Shown here: positions 60,736 to 64,000 of the stretch, in pieces
Numbering within the stretch: the first letter of the stretch is position 1
Layout of the letters: each line of letters starts with the position of its first letter
Source: an uncultured Chthonomonadaceae bacterium
GTDB lineage: Bacteria; Armatimonadota; Chthonomonadetes; Chthonomonadales; Chthonomonadaceae
Reading direction: 5' to 3'
Length of the DNA: 64,000 nucleotides
Assembly: GCA_963835065.1 (NCBI GenBank)
Contig: CAWIEK010000046.1
Location: 119,219-183,218 of the forward strand
The notes under the pieces: model-generated
Told to the model about the DNA's origin: nothing
Database searches by the model: none
Seen by the model: the letters and a program-made list of their open reading frames with translations, nothing else
Made by a program: the position numbers and the translations under genes

Positions 60736-62151
60736 ATGACGCCCAAAGACGTAATTGACCTGGTTCACGAGAAAGAAGCCAAAGTCGTTGACGTGCGGTT
60801 TACCGACCTGATCGGCCAGCAGCAGCACTTTTCCATCCCTGCCGGCAATCTCGACGAAGACAAGTTTGCCGAAGGCCTGGCTTTCGACGGCTCCTCTATC
60901 CGGGGCTTCAAAGCCATCAACGAGTCGGACATGATTTTGATTCCCGACCCGGACACGGCTTTTATTGACCCGTTCTTCGACGTGACCACGCTGGTTTTGA
61001 CCTGCGACATCGAAGACCCGATTACCCGCGAAAAGTACAACCGCGACCCGCGCCAGATCGCCAAAAAAGCAGAAGCGTACCTGCAAAGCACGGGCATTGC
61101 CGATACCGCGTATTTCGGACCGGAAGCCGAATTCTACATCTTCAACGACGTCCGCTACGATCAAACCAGCCATTCCGGGTTTTATTACGTGGACAGCGAC
61201 GAGGGTATCTGGAACTCCGGGCGCGACGAAAAGCCCAACCTGGGCTTCAAGAACCCCTACAAGCGCGGCTACTATCCCGTTCCCCCGAACGACAGCCTGC
61301 AGGATTTGCGCACCGAAATGATGCTCAACCTGATCGAAGTGGGCATCGAAGTGGAAATGCAGCACCATGAAGTGGGCACGGGCGGACAGGCGGAAATTGA
61401 CTTCAAGTTCGGCCCCCTGCTGCAAACGGCGGACAACCTGCAAAAGTTCAAGTACATCATCAAAAACACGGCCATTCAGAACGGCTACACGGCCACGTTC
61501 ATGCCCAAGCCCCTGTTCATGGACAACGGCAGCGGCATGCACGTGCATCAATCGCTGTGGAAGGGCGGACAGCCCCTGTTTTACGATGAAAACGGGTACG
61601 GGCAGTTGTCGGAAATGGCCGTGCATTACATCGGTGGCCTGCTGAAACACGCGCCCGCCCTGCTCGCCTTCTGCGCCCCGACAACCAACAGCTACCGGCG
61701 TCTGGTTCCCGGCTACGAAGCGCCCATCAATCTCGTTTACAGCGCGCGCAACCGCTCGGCCTGCGTCCGCATCCCGCTCGTGAGCAAGTCGCCGAAAGCC
61801 AAGCGCGTCGAGTTCCGCGCGCCCGACCCGGCAGCCAACCCGTACCTCGCGTTTGCGGCTCTGCTGCTGGCGGGACTAGACGGCATCGAAAACAAGATCA
61901 TGCCGCCCGCCCCCGTTGACAAAGACTTGTACGAGATGGAGCCGGAAGAAAAGAAGGACATCGCGCAAACGCCGGGAACGCTGGAAGAAAGCCTCAAAGC
62001 GCTCGAAGCCGATCATGAGTTCCTGCTCAAAGGCGACGTGTTCAGCAAGGACCTGATCGAAACCTACATTGACTACAAGATGACGCAGGAGTTCAAGCAA
62101 GTCGCCTTGCGCCCGCACCCCTACGAGTTCTTCCTCTACTACGACATCTGA
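60736..62151 (+). CDS. glnA: Type I glutamine synthetase
   Basis: [35 protein letters not shown], adenylylation-site motif DKDLY. Confidence 0.99.
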   Translation: MTPKDVIDLVHEKEAKVVDVRFTDLIGQQQHFSIPAGNLDEDKFAEGLAFDGSSIRGFKAINESDMILIPDPDTAFIDPFFDVTTLVLTCDIEDPITREKYNRDPRQIAKKAEAYLQSTGIADTAYFGPEAEFYIFNDVRYDQTSHSGFYYVDSDEGIWNSGRDEKPNLGFKNPYKRGYYPVPPNDSLQDLRTEMMLNLIEVGIEVEMQHHEVGTGGQAEIDFKFGPLLQTADNLQKFKYIIKNTAIQNGYTATFMPKPLFMDNGSGMHVHQSLWKGGQPLFYDENGYGQLSEMAVHYIGGLLKHAPALLAFCAPTTNSYRRLVPGYEAPINLVYSARNRSACVRIPLVSKSPKAKRVEFRAPDPAANPYLAFAALLLAGLDGIENKIMPPAPVDKDLYEMEPEEKKDIAQTPGTLEESLKALEADHEFLLKGDVFSKDLIETYIDYKMTQEFKQVALRPHPYEFFLYYDI

Positions 62152-62182
62152 GCCACTTTAATAGTGTAAAATGTCACCACAC

Positions 62183-62222
62183 AAAAACGTCCACGCAAAT
62201 TTTATAATTGTGTGGACGTTTC
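62183..62222. terminator. Hairpin between glnA and the convergent gene
   Basis: AAACGTCCACGCAA..TTGTGTGGACGTTT. Confidence 0.6.
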
Positions 62223-62224
62223 TA

Positions 62225-62668
62225 TTAATCTTTGAATCTTGTGTGGGCATGGGCGATTAGTTCTTGGAGTCTAAAAATACTTTCAATATGTGTTTGTAAC
62301 CTCTCCTGTGCTACGATAAAATGTAAGTCAATTAACCTTGACTCTAAAACCTCTTTCAAGTTCGTGTTGTATCCAAACGCAAGTGTCTGCTCACAAGCCT
62401 TCGTTGCTTCGTCATAACGTCCCTGAAAAGCATAGGACCACCCCAGCATCTCATAACTCCGATAAAAATCCCACAAGCAGTGTCCCACGCGCATGCCCGC
62501 AGATTTCCCTGACTTGATTGCCTGCTGAAAGTTCACTTCTGCCTCAGCATATTTACCTGTACGCAGGCAAATGCAGCCAAGTAGGAAGTAAGAAATCACT
62601 AAGTAACTCGTTGGTGTAAGTTCGTAGGTTTCCAGATTGAGTTTCTACGAAGTTTGGCCTTCGGTCTA
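62225..62668 (-). pseudogene. TPR-repeat protein 3' fragment cut by IS630
   Basis: YFLLGCICLRTGKYAEAEVNFQQAI, LGWSYAFQGRYDEA; AT-rich; abuts the IS end. Confidence 0.6.
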
Positions 62669-62669
62669 C

Positions 62670-64000
62670 TTAGTACACTTAGGCTTAAATAGCCGTACAG
62701 TTTAGATGGTGAGTGGCTTGCCCTTGTACGTCCATTAGAAGGGCTTTGCCATCGTCTTGTTGAAATACTCTATAAACGTCAGTATCTTCTCCTGCAAGTC
62801 CTGTGTCGAGGGGAAGTTGCCGCGCCGGATCACCTTGCGCACCAGAATGGAGAACCATATCTCGATCTGGTTGAGCCACGAGCAATGCTTGGGCGTGTAG
62901 TGAAACACGATTTTGTGGGTCGAGTCGGATAAGAAGGCGGCGCGTGTCTTCATGGTATGCAAGATACCGCGCTTGTCTTTTTCGCCTAAATCCTCGTTCA
63001 CGTCCGATACTTGGGCGACATAGCGCGCCAGGCTCTCGGACTGATGGATGTTGAGGTTGTCCACGATAAAGTGCCAGCGGGTGGCACACGGGTCACTCTC
63101 GACCGTGTTGTGGATATGGTTGGAAAAGTCCTCTTCGGTACGGCGCGGGCCACAGGTGGGCGCCACCACCTGCCCGTTGGCGACATCGAAGTTGGCGATC
63201 AAGCACAAGGTTGCGTTGCGAATGTACTCGAACTCCCGGCGTTCTACCTTGCCGGAGGCCAGCGGCAGGCCGGGATGTTTGCGCTCTAAGGCTTGAACGC
63301 CCGTCATTTCGTCGCTGGAGAGGACGCGTTCGCCTTGTTCGGCCAGGTGCGGAGACGCTTCATAGAGGGCGCAAACGGCTTCGATTTTCGTCTCTTTGTC
63401 CGGGTCGTCTCTCGACGTGAGCCAGTAGCGGCTCAGGTGCGGTTTAAGGTCGGCCTCCTTTTAAAAACGCCCCACCTGGCGGGGCGAGATACATTCGACA
63501 ATGCCTTGTTGCACCGCTTCGGCGGCAAGTTCGCGGGCACTCCACTGCGCAATCGGACGGCCATAGTCGGCAGGCAGCTTGCAAGCCATCGCCATAATCT
63601 GGCAGTACGCTTCGGCAGAGATAGTCGCCGGAGCGCCAGGACGCGGGGCATCTGCGAGGCGTTGCGTCAAGCTCATCTCGGTGTCGGGCGTATCCTGCAA
63701 GGCCCGCCAACGCTTTCGCCACAGGCGGGCTAAACGGATGTCACAGGCCAGCAGACGGGCAATCTGAGAATTGTTGTGTCCTTCTGCGCACAGCAACACG
63801 ATCCGACCGCGTAGCGCAATCTGTTGTGCCGTCGAGGGGCGGTTGACCAGCGCTTGCAAGGCGTGTTGCTGCGTAGGCGTGAGCGAAAGAGAAGGGGGCT
63901 TGGGTCCACGCAAGAGCGTTTCCTTTCGTTGAGGAAGATCGCTTTAGCATAACATACAAAGCCGCCTCTTGGCTATACTCTACGCCTATTTACGCCGCAG
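62670..64000 (-). mobile_element. IS630-family insertion sequence (runs off the window end); transposase ~63922-62701 with two in-frame TAA
   Basis: DAPRPGAP, DEMTGVQALER, DNLNIH, YTPKHCSWLNQIEIWF; IR CTTAGGCTTAAATAGCCGTACAG vs window-end CTCTACGCCTATTTACGCCGCAG. Confidence 0.92.

Overview
A GC-rich bacterial chromosome segment. Gene content (diderm envelope genes, Terrabacteria-like ribosomal proteins, DUF1501) would fit Armatimonadota, but that is a low-confidence guess. Single-base frameshifts in essential genes (rplB, rplV, rpsC) indicate indel sequencing errors, so other frameshifts are treated with caution. Layout: (1) 0.2-1.4 kb, a LolA-like/TlpA-thioredoxin fusion with an in-frame UGA in its redox motif (UxxC, probable selenoprotein). 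(2) 1.9-18 kb, the str-S10-spc ribosomal cluster (rpsL rpsG fusA .. rpsJ .. rplC D W B rpsS rplV rpsC rplP rpmC rpsQ rplN X E), which stops after rplE. There is no intact tuf. Its slot holds a BolA-like ORF, a strongly diverged G-domain-less EF-Tu (domains II-III, absent from the ORF track) and a HEPN gene plus small partner. Further HEPN/partner cassettes lie between rpsJ and rplC, with a duplicated rpsJ 3' end and a deleted toxin whose partner is retained. L22, S3 and S17 carry long low-complexity extensions. (3) 18-26 kb, a REC-Grx-TrxR / cNMP-histidine kinase / Zf-UBP cluster interleaved with a GH16 gene and an RsbQ + PAS-HisKA_2 pair. (4) 26-31 kb, a decayed accessory patch (IS630 in DUF433, truncated NB-ARC, orphans). 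(5) nadE, tdh, adenosine deaminase, STAND-TPR + MNT, DUF1501, ftcd, a secreted glycoside hydrolase, tRNA-Val/tRNA-Asp, an RND efflux operon, PP2C, glnA and a second IS630. Throughout, many gene junctions carry palindromic elements made of tandem 7-9-mer arms of varying unit sequence around a unique spacer. A two-copy ~97 bp MITE and a GTAG-type REP doublet are also present.
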